Assembly (NCBI GenBank): GCA_964016885.1
Contig: OZ024742.1
Span: forward strand, 139,872,001 to 139,936,000
Direction of reading: 5' to 3'
DNA length: 64,000 nucleotides
DNA from: Eledone cirrhosa
Taxonomy: Eukaryota
The notes beneath the pieces were generated by a model. That model did not search any database, was not told where the DNA came from, and was given only the letters and a program-made list of their open reading frames with translations. The position numbers were made by a program, and so were the translations under genes. Below are positions 39,857 to 52,408 of the stretch, piece by piece (position 1 is the stretch's first letter; each line of letters begins with the position of its first letter).

Positions 39857-40440
39857 AGAATTTGCATCACTAGTCTGGAACCCCTATCTTGCTCAGAACA
39901 TTGACTGCCTGGAAACTGTTCAGAGACATGCAACCAAGCAAATACCCTCCATCAGGCATCTACCATACTCTGAATGCCTTACTTCGCTGGGCATGGATAT
40001 ATTGAAGCTCTGACGTCTGGCAACTGACTTGGTAAACACCCACAACATTATTAACCATGTTGCCAACAACAACCCTGAGCACCTTTTTGATTTCCATGTG
40101 TCTAACACACGTGGGCTTGCCAACAAAGTCAGAAAACAGCACAGCTCCCATGATTTTCTGAAACATTTTTTCACGCTCAGAGTTGCTGAAGCATGGAACA
40201 AACTCTCTGCATCAGTTATTAGCTGTCGAGACACTGCATCCTTTAAAACCTCCATACTTCCTGAGATTCGCCAACACTACACCTAATATTCCCCCCTCCA
40301 TACAAATGCACACATGTATATCATGACTCATACACTATTCACTTTCCTGACATTTGTATATTATTCCATGTACTATACATGCACCTTTGATGAGTCATAG
40401 TGCAGCTGAGCACTGTACACAATAATTTCATTATTATTAT
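39857..40440 (+). mobile_element. CR1-clade LINE 3' end
   Basis: LEFAS.VWNPY..FFTLRVAEAWNKL, 3' UTR and (ATT)n. Confidence 0.85.
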
Positions 40441-40638
40441 TTTTTTTATATGAATGTATGTATAGTATATTTGGCAATATACTGTATGTTTAAATTGCCA
40501 AATATACTATACATACATTCATGTACACATCGCTATTTCAGAGCACCAATCCTAATACCTATATATATATATATATTATATTCATTTACTTAAGGCTAAA
40601 TATTATATATATATATTATACTCCTTTTATTAAGGCTA

Positions 40639-40675
<37 letters not shown>

Positions 40676-40807
40676 GAAGTTCTATTTACATTGTTTGGAT
40701 ACAACAAGCAAATATTTTTATAACTGATATAAAGCACTCAACAAATTATTGGAGTAAAAATACGATATATTAACAAATGGAAACTATATTTATAAAACCA
40801 TATTTAT

Positions 40808-40866
40808 TTCATTATATATATTTCAAGGACACCAAGTTAAATTATGGTGTGCTTTCATCAGATAAA
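40808..40866 (-). ncRNA. Hammerhead-like motif
   Basis: TTTAT-CTGATGA-AAG-c-ACACCA-loop-TGGTGT-c-CTT-GAAAT-atat-ATA-ATGAA. Confidence 0.6.
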
Positions 40867-41759
40867 ATATGATATAGAGCAGTTTTATAAATAAATATTG
40901 ACATACCCTTAAAGAATGCGACCATTTCTGTTGGAAGCTCATATATATATATATATATATGCGTATATATTTATATATATATTTAGAGGTGGTCATTTTG
41001 CCAATAAAAAGACACGCTCTATTGACTTTTACTTCAACTTTATTATTAGTTTTGAGTTCAAATCTCGCCGAGGTTGACTTTGCCTTTCATCCTTACGGAG
41101 TCGATAAAATAAAGTACCAGGAATGCACTGGGAATTGCTGGCCTTGTGCCAAAAGTAGAAACAATTATTAGTTTTGGGTTATTTTGTCAAAGCCCTTTTG
41201 TCACACATTCTGATACCTTAATGAATATTTGTTCTTCTGTGTGTCTCCTCTTCTTTCTGGTCTTATTCTGTTTACCCCATTCTGCCTTTCTATGACAAAT
41301 AATAAAGCTGAGGTGAAATAGTGCGTGTGTTTTTATTGGCAAAATGACCATCCTCAAATATGTTTCAACGCACGATTTCACATCAAGAAGCTTGCAAATC
41401 AAATACATAAACGTATATATATATATATATGACTCTTTTCCTATTACCCACTCTACTACCCTAAGTATCAAGTACTCTGGTGCGTTATGGTCCACTTGGT
41501 ATCTTACCACACCTTCTTTGTTATTTGTTGTTATATATATATATACACACACAGATGGATATAATTTCTGAATATAAATTAAAAAAAATAAATATATTGG
41601 CTATAACCAGAATGTCACATGCTTGGAGATTAAGAATTAGAACGGTGGGATGAACGGTATGTACCTATATTGCTTCGTACGTTGCCAGGCAAGCTTAATG
41701 GGAACATGTTGAGTAAGCTTTCGCTATGTACTGTCTCGTTTAATCTCGTGTGACTTCGC

Positions 41760-42689
41760 TTCCCGCCACTAGAACCACGTGGGGAAGGTAGGGGACATGT
41801 TTTGTTGTGTTTGCCTGATCAAATAACTTCGTAACTCAACAATCATCAGTCAATCGCTTATCATAAACAACTGTTAAAAGAATCTCTTGAGATTGCATCT
41901 ATCTATCTCTCTATATATATCATTCACCAGACAGTTCATTAAGGGCTTTGCACCGTTTTCTTCTCCTTATCTCGGCCATTCTTAGAAATTAAAGAAAAAA
42001 ATTTCTGCTGAGCAGCAGTCTTTCTTCCATAACAAACAAACAATTTACAAGTATTACAATACCGTATTTTCTCCCCTTTTGTCATGTGGATCCAAGTACG
42101 GACCTTTGACGGGAAAAACACCGTCAAGGTGAAAGGACTTTCTAAATTGACCAAAGTCGAAGAGTTACGTGAAAGAATTAAGGATAAATTCGATGCAGAG
42201 CCATCCCAACAACAGTTGTTTTATCGTGGCAAACTGGTAAGTCCCATTTAAAAAAAACAATATACATAATTCAAAATATCTGACGGCATTTACGTGTATG
42301 AAGCCACTCGTAATGCACAAATAAGTCAAACTGCTATGTATTCGCTACTCTTTTCCTTTGTATATATAAATTTAGGTTTTATTTATTTTATTATTTTAAA
42401 TGGTGTTATTTCAAAATATGATTGCTGTTATCTCTTCCTGCAATCCGCCTTTGGCGCCATATATCTTTTTGTCAATGAAAAAAAAGTTGTTTATATTTTT
42501 CTGATTAGCTGTTATTTGGAAGTTTATCTGGACTTGTCATTTAATATAGTAAGGTATAATTCATTTATTTGTTATTAATTAATATACATCCTTAATATAC
42601 TATATTTAAGTAAATCTTAATATTATTCGGAAAGTTTTTCACTTGTTTGATTTCAACCCCCACTTTCTCTGTGAAGATATGGCGGGAAA
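41760..42689. promoter_or_regulatory. Putative UHRF1 promoter/first-intron region with E2F-like motifs and an E-box
   Basis: TTCCCGCC at 41760, CACGTG at 41776, TTTGGCGC at 42450, GGCGGGAAA at 42681; locally repeat-poor. Confidence 0.4.
42084..42236 (+). CDS. UHRF1: UHRF1 (E3 ligase / DNA-methylation maintenance factor), first coding exon, ubiquitin-like domain
   Basis: [51 protein letters not shown] matches the UHRF N-terminus (MWIQVRT.DG....[12 protein letters not shown]...F..EP..Q.LFYRGK); phase-0 GTAAGT donor at 42237; absent from the ORF track. Confidence 0.92.
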
Positions 42690-44264
42690 TCACCCCGCTT
42701 CCTCCGTCACTGTTTATCTCTTTCTGTGGATTCTTTCTTTCTCTCTCTATCCAGCTTTTGTCATATCCTGGCTCACTTATTTACTAAAACTATTTCGCTT
42801 TATCCTTATTAGTTCATCAGACTGAATTTCCCAGTCTAAAATTTTACTTTTATTATTTCCTTTAGTTGATTCAATAATAATTTATTAAAAAAACAAAACA
42901 AACTAATTTATAATAATTGTTTCTACTTTTGGCACAAGGCTAGCAATTATCCCAGTGCATTAGTTATGCTTTAGTTTATCGACCCCGTAAACTAATTTAT
43001 AATAATTGTTTCTACGTTTGGCACAAGACCAGTAATTTGGGGCGGAGGGGAAAGTCGATTAACTCAACCGCAGTACATTACTGGTGCTTTATTTTATCGA
43101 GCCCGTAAGGATGAAACGCAAAGCCAATAAGAAATATTCTTTAAGTTATGCTTGTGTGTGTGTATATATTATATATATATATATATGCATGTACGTACTG
43201 AAATAACGAGATAGACAACATCGTTGAACTCATTTTAAAACAGTTTAATCAGTCAACAACGGGCACTATTTTTGTTTCCAGGGCTGAATATATATGTAGA
43301 ATGCTAAACTTATTATTTCTCTTTCTCTATATATATACACACATTTTTTTCATGATATTTCCTCTTCCCTTTTCGGTGATCACCGAATTCCGTTTTAATT
43401 TCAAAGGACCTTGGAAATGAAAAAATAAAAAATAAAAAATGCCCCCAAAGGAAGTATGCGAATAAATGCCTTAAAAAAGTTTAGGATGTAGTTTATGAAA
43501 AAGACACTAGTTTATTACTTATACCATAAAATAATGTTTCTCGACAAAAGATATGCAATTTAATGAACGGTATGTTACGGGGATTTTTATTTTTATTTAT
43601 AGCTTATAATCTAAAATCTAAACGAAAACTACTCAACAGTAATAAAAAAAGAAAAATAAGGGAGATTTGACAACAGAAAATTAGTTATATTGATGGTGAT
43701 GACAGTTGTGATGTTGGTGGCGGTACACTGATTCAGAAACAATAGCTTAATCCGAACTTTACAGTTTTAAAGAGGTCTTTCATTCGTCGGTTCGTTTTTA
43801 TAAAATAACCAGTTTCCTTCGCTAATCACTCTCAGCTACAAAACAAGAATAAAGATGAGAAACTTTCAACTTCATACCATCACCATCTTTCCATGTTCAG
43901 TTGTTTCTAGTACAGAAATTGATGAAGTTTCCACTTTCCTTATTCTTTCTCAGTTGCTAAACACAATGAAACTGGATGTGGGATGATGAACCTTTAAGAA
44001 TATTTGTTTAGAGAGGAACATTTATTTGTTCAGTAATATACCGTTAAAAGTTTTTCTTTGAATCAAGAATTTAATCCGAATTTCTTTAAATAAATATATG
44101 AAAACGTTTTGAAATAATATTCTGTTAAAATGGCTTATCAGCTGTATAAGTTTTAGAAAAAAGTAAATAATTGTAAGAAATGTAGTCATCACCTGTGTGT
44201 GTGATTATATATATATATTAAAACAATGAAATTAAACACAAAACTGTTAATTCATAGTAAAACA

Positions 44265-44398
44265 TTATTTTACGATCGTTTCTGGGGGGTAGTTCTCTGT
44301 ATGTTCATTCAATTATTGATCTATGTAAAACATATTACAAAATATCATAGTGAGAAAAAAATACATACGTCTTCACTACCCGCCGTCTTCAGAAATAA
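44265..44398 (-). ncRNA. Hammerhead-like motif with ~103-nt stem II insertion, in a short fold-back element (~44216-44550)
   Basis: TTATTT-CTGAAGA-c-GGcGGGTAGT...ACTACCCcCC-a-GAAAC-GATC-GTA-AAATAA. Confidence 0.65.
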
Positions 44399-45357
44399 TG
44401 ATTTTTTTCTCACTATGATATTTTGTAATATGTTTTACATAGATCAATAATTGAATGAACATACAGAGAACTACCCCCCAGAAACGATCGTAAAATAATG
44501 TGTTTTACTATGAATTAACAGTTTTGTGTTTAATTTCATTGTTTTAATATTTCTATTTTGACTCTGTATCCAATTGAATTATATCGTTGAAAAAAATGTT
44601 TGTATTTTAAACTTTGCTTCACATCTACATACGGATTACATTGAGTTCTTTATACGGTTTGAAGTAGTAGATTTATCTGTGTGTATATATATAGATAGAT
44701 ATATATATGTGTGTGTGTGTCTGTGTGTTTCATCGAGCATTTATTTTACATCTATAAAAGTTTTAAATATTTCGAATCTGGGTTTTAATGTGGTATCTTA
44801 ATTTTTAAGATTTAATCTTGTTTCTGTATCATTTCATGTATATACATTTTTGTTGAATAAAATTAAAATTTCTGATGGCTAAAGCGGAAAGACTTTTACT
44901 AAGTGCCAACGTATTAAATATACAGCACCAAGATCATTCATAAATTTGGTTGGTGGTTTCGATATGAATGAAACAACAGAGTACTCAGGTTACGATGACT
45001 TCCGCATGTGTATGTTATAGGACACCAATCTGAAGATTTTGTGGTCGGCCTGAAATGATTCCATTAACATTTATTTTTGCATCATAATCAACCGACTGGC
45101 TAGCTGCACAAAAAAATGTATGTAGTAGGGAAAGTAACATGAAATTATGTAGAATTCTTAACCTTTTTATTTTGACACATTACCACAGTTTATTTATTTT
45201 TATTTCACTGATTTCATCATTAGACTTCGGCCATGCTGGGATACTGCCTTGAAGGAATTTTAGTAATCATACCTACCTTAGTGCTTATTTTATTGGCCAC
45301 TTTCTGTCGAATCCCTACGATACGTTACAAACAGCCATCGTATATTGAAATAGTACC

Positions 45358-45575
45358 TTCTTCTCTTCTTCGCCCACGTATTCGTGAGAGGGTCGTGGGG
45401 GAAGAGTCCTCAAACACCCCTTCCAGCGGGTCCTGTCAGAAGCAACCGTCTCGAACTAATCTGGCTGGAGACCTCCAGCGAGACCAGACCAACCATCTTG
45501 CTGGGTCTCCTGCCGGTTTGCTCGTAAAATCTGTCCAGCGATTCTTTCCTCAGACATTCTAACCACATGCCCATT
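45358..45575 (-). mobile_element. RTE-like LINE 3' fragment
   Basis: Minus frame ..TVASDRTRWKG.. followed by an (AGA)n-like tail. Confidence 0.45.
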
Positions 45576-47149
45576 ATATATTACCTATTATAAGAAATAT
45601 ATATTTTTTTAATATTGAGAAAATTAGCAGTCATTAAGGCTTATTCCCTTTGGTTCCCACTCCCAGCTGTTTTCATTTTAATTGACAAGACTCCTAAACC
45701 CTTTCATTACCATATTCCCAATTAAAGACATTAGCTAATGTTTTCAAATCACTTTGAAAATAATTTTCAAAGAATTTGAAGCGATTTAGTTATAGAACCA
45801 ACTTTCTTATTCTTTCACTGGTTTCTTATTGCAACCAACTTTTTAATTAATCTGGTTTTCGGAACATAACATAACTTCGAAAGTTTTTTGATAAAAATTA
45901 TGATGGAAGATTTTTTTTAGATAAATAAAATAAGCAATTTTGTCTATAACAATCCGAATTTTTGTCAGGTCTGTCTTTATATTATTCTTTCTGCTGAACT
46001 TTCGGGAAAGTAACTATTGTTGTTTACTATGCTATTTCACACGGACTGCATTATCTAATGTGTCTTTTTCTTTAAAACGGTATTTTACAGTTTAAGAGGA
46101 AATCAACTGTTATGTCTAGCAGGTCCAGCAACAACGCTTGAGGTCGCTATTTTAAAAGTTAGCCGAGTAGCAAATTTAGCATTACAAGAAAAGCCTGTCT
46201 GATGACTGACAGCAGAGCAATGAAAAGTAGAACTACTAAAGAATGAAAATTAAATGCCAAGGCACAGTTAAAGAGTAGATTAACTCTTAATGTACTGTAC
46301 CACATGGAACCGCATTAGCAAGAGTCTTGAAAAATATAAAATAGCACATTTTCATAATGATCTGTCCACTAGTAAAAGATAATATGAACATTTGAATTAA
46401 CAAACTCATTTCTGCTAAATCTTTATGTTAGGAGATAATACCGATAATTTTCACAACGATATGTCCTACTATAAGTATGTAAATTAGCAAGTTCTGTTTT
46501 TAGATATTTTCTGTTAATTTAAAGAAATAATACCGCAAATTTTCCCAACGATCTATCTATTAGTAAAGATATAATTATTTAAATTAGCAAACGTGTTCTT
46601 AGATATTTTTTGCTAAATCATTAGTCAAAGATATACAGGCAACATGACAGTCATTAGAGCATCGCACAAAATGCCATGCAGTATTTATTCAGGGCAAATA
46701 AAGTACGAATAAGGGGCAATGGATTGGCGAAATTCTTAGAACATCAGACAAGATGACATTGTTGCTTGTTTGGGTAGTAGACTTAATTTGTCACTCTGTT
46801 TAACACTACCACCTGGTCCTTGGCTGTTTTTAGTAGAATCCACTCTAATGCCAGCATTTAAGACTGGTTTAGGGTTTGAGTATACCTTCCTCTCTTCCAT
46901 CCATAAACCTTGAATGTCCTAAAAAGAGTCTGGGCCCTGCCTTTCCCAAATGAGTGAGTAAAAAAAAAATGGATGGGTTTACTGATGCAATATGGTGTAT
47001 AATTTGTTGAATGTCATCCATTTGATGAAAGGGAAAACATACGTAAAAGTCAAAAAAATTGTGCAATAATCATACTAAGTTAAATTTGAATAATTTTTTA
47101 AACGTTATTTTTTGACTACAAAATGGATCACAGACTCACAACTCAAGCT

Positions 47150-47750
47150 GGCTGTGGACAAGTGAACCACCATGCATTTTGGGAGGAAAAACTCAGCATC
47201 CACATACTCCCTCCAAAACACTAATAGCAAGAATTCTTCTGAAATGTGACCTGGGCATTATTATCAGCAGCGATTTGAGTTGGACAAAGCACATCTCTAA
47301 AATTGTCAAGAAGGCCGAGGGTGTCTTGGTATCACTCAGCAAGACCTTTGTCAGCCACTCTCCAGCTATCTATTTAAAGCTGTATATAGTTATGGTGCGG
47401 CCACATTTAGAATTTGCATCACCAGTCTGGAATCCCTATCTTGCTCAGAACATTGACCTGGCAACTGTTCAGAAATGTGCAAGTGAATACCCTCCATCAG
47501 GCATCTACCCAGGGAAACGCTTTGTTTCCCTGGGTATGGATACATTGAAGCTCTGACGTCTGGCAACTGACTTGGTAAACACCCACAAAATATACACTTG
47601 ATATCTCCGCTCCATACACACGCACACATGTATATTATGACTCATACACTGTTCACTTTCCTGACATTTGTACATTATTCTATGTACTATACATGCACCT
47701 TTGATGAGTTGTAGTGCACCTGAGCACTGTGCGCAATAATTTCATTATTA
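47150..47750 (+). mobile_element. CR1-clade LINE 3' fragment with internal deletion
   Basis: DLGIIISSDLSWTKHI..LYIVMVRPHLEFASPVWNPY. Confidence 0.85.
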
Positions 47751-47754
47751 TCAT

Positions 47755-48085
47755 CTGGCAGTATCTGTAGAGTCGGACGCCATGCTTTCCAGCATAGAGT
47801 TACGTCCCTTTATGGACTGAGTTCAAATCCTGCCGGGGTCGATAAAACAAAGTACCAGTAATGTACTGGGTAATTGCTGGCTTTGTGCCAAAAATAGAAA
47901 CAATTATTGTATCGGTAGAGGGTCGGACGCCATGCTTTCCAGCATAGTTACGTCCCTTTACGATCTGAGTTCAAATCCCGCCGAGGTTGACTTTGCCTTT
48001 CATCCTTACGGGGTCGATAAAATAAAGTACCAGTAATGAACTGGTGATTGCTGGCCTTGTGCCTAAAGTAGAAACAATTATTATT
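47755..48085 (+). mobile_element. Two tandem SINE copies
   Basis: Repeated GTAGAG.GTCGGACGCCATGC..GAGTTCAAATCC..GGGGTCGATAAAA..TGCTGGCCTTGTGCC; (ATT)n tail. Confidence 0.7.
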
Positions 48086-48809
48086 ATTAGAATAAAATAT
48101 AAAGAATAAATCGTATCGTTGACCATAGATCTCATTTAAGCGCAAAGCAAATATCTTGTTGGATTCACTCGACTCATAATGTATATACACATTAAGGCTA
48201 GAGTTCCCTCGCCAGTGTGTGTATGTGTGCACATTACACCTAGTAATGATGATCATGAGAATGAGTACCATAGTAGAGATTAATATATTCTTTATTTAAG
48301 CCAAACTTGAGTCTATTGTGTACTTACATGAGAAACTCTAAAGTAATAAGAATCAAGCTTGGCCTAAATAAAGAATAATTTTATATAGAGATTACTTCTA
48401 CAGAATTGTTTCATTTGCATGGAATCATCAGGACATCAGTGAAATGAACGAAACAATTCTAGTCCTGTAGAAGTCAAGTTTATATAAAATAAAGATGCCT
48501 GTACTCTACTAACGTATTGAGTACCTTTTCTCACTGTGGTTACCTCCCAATACCTATTGGAAATTACATATATGCAAGCAAGCTTGGAAAAGACAGTGAT
48601 GTGAGTGAATCTGACTAGGATATTTTCTTCAAAGGAGATTTATGGTGGTCAGTGGTACCCAGAATAAAATGGAAATCTTGTGAAGGAACAAAACTATCCA
48701 GTTCAAGTCCTATATATTTTCACCTGTAACATTGCTTTCAATCAATTACCCTCCTATTTAATTGCTTCCCCAAATCAGAAACCGAGATCTGCTACAGTTT
48801 GAGGTATTT

Positions 48810-48880
<71 letters not shown>

Positions 48881-49089
48881 ACACTATAGGAATATATAAT
48901 GGTTTCTGATTTGGGCAAAAGGCCACCAATTTTGGGGAGGAGGAAGTCAATTAAATCGACCCCAGTACATTACTGGTGCTTTATTTTATCGACCCTGTAA
49001 GGATGAAAGGCAAAGCTAACCTTGGCAGTATCTGAATTATAGGAATGTATAATACAATGATATCAGTACAAAACATTATCTTGACGATA

Positions 49090-49126
<37 letters not shown>

Positions 49127-49860
49127 CCCGTCTAACCCATGCTAGCGTGGAAGATGGACGTTAAACGATGATGATGATACATATATATATATAGAGAGAG
49201 AGACGCATGCGTATGAGGGACTTCGGCAGTTTCCGTCTATCAAATTTCACTCCCAAAGGTATAGTAGAAGACACTTGCCCAAGGTGCTGTATGGTGGCAC
49301 TGAACTTGAAGCCACATGACTGTAATGTGAATTCCTTCACATCACAACCATACCTGCACCTATGGTCCTTCGACTGCTAGGTTTTGATATTTTGCAATTC
49401 CACATAGTCTGAGGGGTTGCACATCTTTCCATTCCTTTAAATGATGTGTGTGATAGGGTTAACCATTTACATTACAGCTACAGACAATCCGACAGGCTTC
49501 TGAACAGTCACTTCTGTCTACCCAATTTTACTTCTCAAACCTTCAGTCAACATAAGACTGGTAAATGACAAGGTGGATCAAACCTTCATGATTGTGGAGA
49601 AAACTTCTGAACTATTCAGCTAACCCATTTAGTTATCTCTAACAACATATAGCAGTATCGTGTACCTTTCTTAAAATCCAGGATACGCAGTTACATATGT
49701 AAAAATGTATTTTATTTCTTTTCACTGGTTTTGGTCATTAGGCTGCAGAGAGGCTAGAGACCCTGATATTTATATTTTCAAGTGTGGTATTTTATGGATC
49801 TCTTGTTTGTCTAAAGCACGGACACTATCACATTCATACATGTTTGTATGTGTGTGTGTG

Positions 49861-49902
<42 letters not shown>

Positions 49903-50136
49903 GGTAACACGGTAAAAAGCTCCCAGTCCACACTGTAAATGTGGTTGGTGTTAGGAAGGGCATCCAGCTGTAGAAAACCTGCCAGATAGTCCTATACGAG
50001 CCTTAATCATTATAAGGAAGTGAATGAAATACATTCATACACACATACGCATGCACTAAAATATAACAAAGTATAAAACTAGAGACAATCTGTACTGAAT
50101 GTAAGATTACATAATTTGTAGAGTATCTTGTTTTCT

Positions 50137-50186
<50 letters not shown>

Positions 50187-50423
50187 TATATAAATGAAGT
50201 AATTCCGTCGGAAAAGTCCAGGAAAAAAGAGTGCTCTATGTAGGTAACAGAGCTTAATAGTTATGTAATAAACAACATAAGGCAATTATTTCATTTACCA
50301 GTGGTTTCTTAAAAGCAAAAAAATTTTGCTTTCAATCATCGGAACGAAAAAATCCTGGTGTATTTATTGACGTTGGATTTTTTTGAGAAAAAAATCCAAC
50401 GTCAATAAATACACCAGGATTTT

Positions 50424-50482
50424 TTCGTTCTGATGATTGAAAGCAAAATTTTTTTGCTTTTAAGAAACCACTGGTAAATGAA
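50424..50482 (+). ncRNA. Canonical-core hammerhead ribozyme in a palindromic element (~50258-50514; mirror copy 50290-50348 has CCGATGA)
   Basis: TTCGTT-CTGATGA-TTGAAAGCAAAA-ttt-TTTTGCTTTTAA-GAAACC-act-GGTA-AATGAA; 12-bp stem II, GUA site. Confidence 0.72.
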
Positions 50483-50522
50483 ATAATTGCCTTATGTTGT
50501 TTATTACATAACTATATATATA

Positions 50523-50657
50523 TTATTTCTGAAGACAGCATATATATGTGTTGGTATGTATATTCTCTTTGATATTTTGTATAATTTTGAACATAGATCT
50601 TTTGAATATGCATGCCAATTCTAACACATATATGTCCTAGAAACGATCGTTAAATAA
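50523..50657 (+). ncRNA. Hammerhead-like motif with ~104-nt stem II insertion
   Basis: TTATTT-CTGAAGA-cag-CATATAT(AT)GTGTTGG...CTAACACATATATG-tccta-GAAAC-GATC-GTT-AAATAA. Confidence 0.62.
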
Positions 50658-50852
50658 TGAACTTTTTTTGTTTAATATAAGGAACTGTTTCATTGTTTTA
50701 TTCATTATTTTTTTTAATGTTTTATATATATTTATATATATATTTATATATATTTATATATATATATATTTTATATATATATATATATTTATATATGTAT
50801 ATATATATTTTATATATATATATATATATTTTATATATATATTTTATATATA

Positions 50853-50894
<42 letters not shown>

Positions 50895-50963
50895 AATATA
50901 TATATATTTATATATATATATTTATAATATAAGATCAAAAGATGGTTAAAAGAGTTCCATGTA

Positions 50964-51030
50964 TTTTATTATGCGCATTTCAAAAACAAATATCATCATG
51001 CGATGACATTTGCGTTTTCGTCAGATAAAA
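50964..51030 (-). ncRNA. Hammerhead ribozyme-like motif with palindromic GCGC loop III
   Basis: TTTTAT-CTGACGA-aaac-GCAAATGTCATC-gcat-GATGATATTTGT-tttt-GAAAT-GCGC-ATA-ATAAAA. Confidence 0.7.
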
Positions 51031-51096
51031 TAGGGAGACATGATATGAAGGTTAAAAAACACTTGTGAATAGTGCAGTTTTAAATCAGCATATATA

Positions 51097-51163
<67 letters not shown>

Positions 51164-51169
51164 ATAAAC

Positions 51170-52225
51170 GGAAAAAAATGAAACAAAATTTCATTTCCCA
51201 CTCTTAGTACGGCTGTTACTTAAATATAAGTATGTACACGTACATACATATATGTATACAGACGTACAGTAGTATGTATAGATATATATATATATATACA
51301 TACATGCACACATATATATATATATATGTACATATGGATTCACCGAACATTTATTATAATGCTCGGTGTGTTTGTAAACAAATCCCGTATTAAGCTGTAG
51401 TGTCTAGCAACTATCGTTGCTCGTTTGTTCAACACTGACAAAGGAACGCTGTACTAGTTTCAAGCTTATTAGCTATCGTCAGCATATCTTCCTGCCAGAT
51501 TGTTGAACGTATATACTTACCTTATGCATATTAACGGCTGAGAAGCCCAATTTGCATATCGAGTGGGTTAATCGGCCGGGTGCACCGAAAACGATAAATG
51601 GAAAAAATGAAACAAAATTTCATTTCTCATTCTTAGTACGTTTTCGGTGCACCCGGCCGATTAACCCACTCGATATGCAAATTGGGCTTCTCAGCCGTTA
51701 ATATGCATAAGGTAAGTATATACATTCAACAATCTGGCAGGAAGGTATACATTGCTGACGAGAGCTAATAAGCTTGAAACTAGTACAGCGTTCCTTTGTC
51801 AGTGTTGAACAAACGAGCAACGATGGTTGCTGGACACTACGGCTTAATACGGGATGTTTGTTTACAAACACACCGAGCATTATAATGTTTGCCCCAACAC
51901 CGGCCAGAGTTACCTCCCTTGACCTGCTGCAAAATCAAAACAGGCTATTTTTGCGAGCAATGAACCTTGACGTAGATTTAACCCCCAAAACTCTTTCCGA
52001 GCAATGTAAGGAACACTTTTGATTATTTATGCCCTTGAGAAGCCCAACTGGGCGAAACGTACGTAGATGCTGTTTTAAATAAACATGTTTTAGCGGTCTA
52101 TTCTCTGATATCTTACTTTCCCACGTGCTTATGCTCTGCTAATTCTCTAGCCCACTAAATATTAACACTTCGAATATTTAATACTGCCGGCACTAGTATC
52201 GAGCACCTTTGGCATACGCTACTTG
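51170..52225. mobile_element. ORF-less pLTR-like element with inverted arms (~51350-51594 vs 51637-51887) and several HHR-like motifs
   Basis: Visible inverted repeat; HHR-like motifs at 51449-51485 (-), 51752-51788 (+) and ~52035-52066 (+). Confidence 0.6.
51752..51788 (+). ncRNA. Minimal hammerhead ribozyme-like motif
   Basis: TTG-CTGACGA-g-AGCT-aata-AGCT-t-GAAAC-ta-GTA-CAG; palindromic ACTAGT stem III. Confidence 0.6.
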
Positions 52226-52342
52226 GCAAATAACTATATGTATCACCTATCCTCCCCCCTTTTATTTTTCTCTCTCTTGATACGTAAATACTGTATATAT
52301 ATAAATATATATGTATATATATATATATATATAAATATATAA

Positions 52343-52391
<49 letters not shown>

Positions 52392-52408
52392 TATATATAT
52401 AAATATAT

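Noticed and set aside
41666-41708. Minus-strand ATG exon MFPLSLPGNVRSNI of a divergent gene
   Set aside because: Weak donor (GTACAT) and no recognisable homology
48395-48437. CTGATGA..GAAAC on the minus strand
   Set aside because: Stems I and II do not pair; at best a decayed copy
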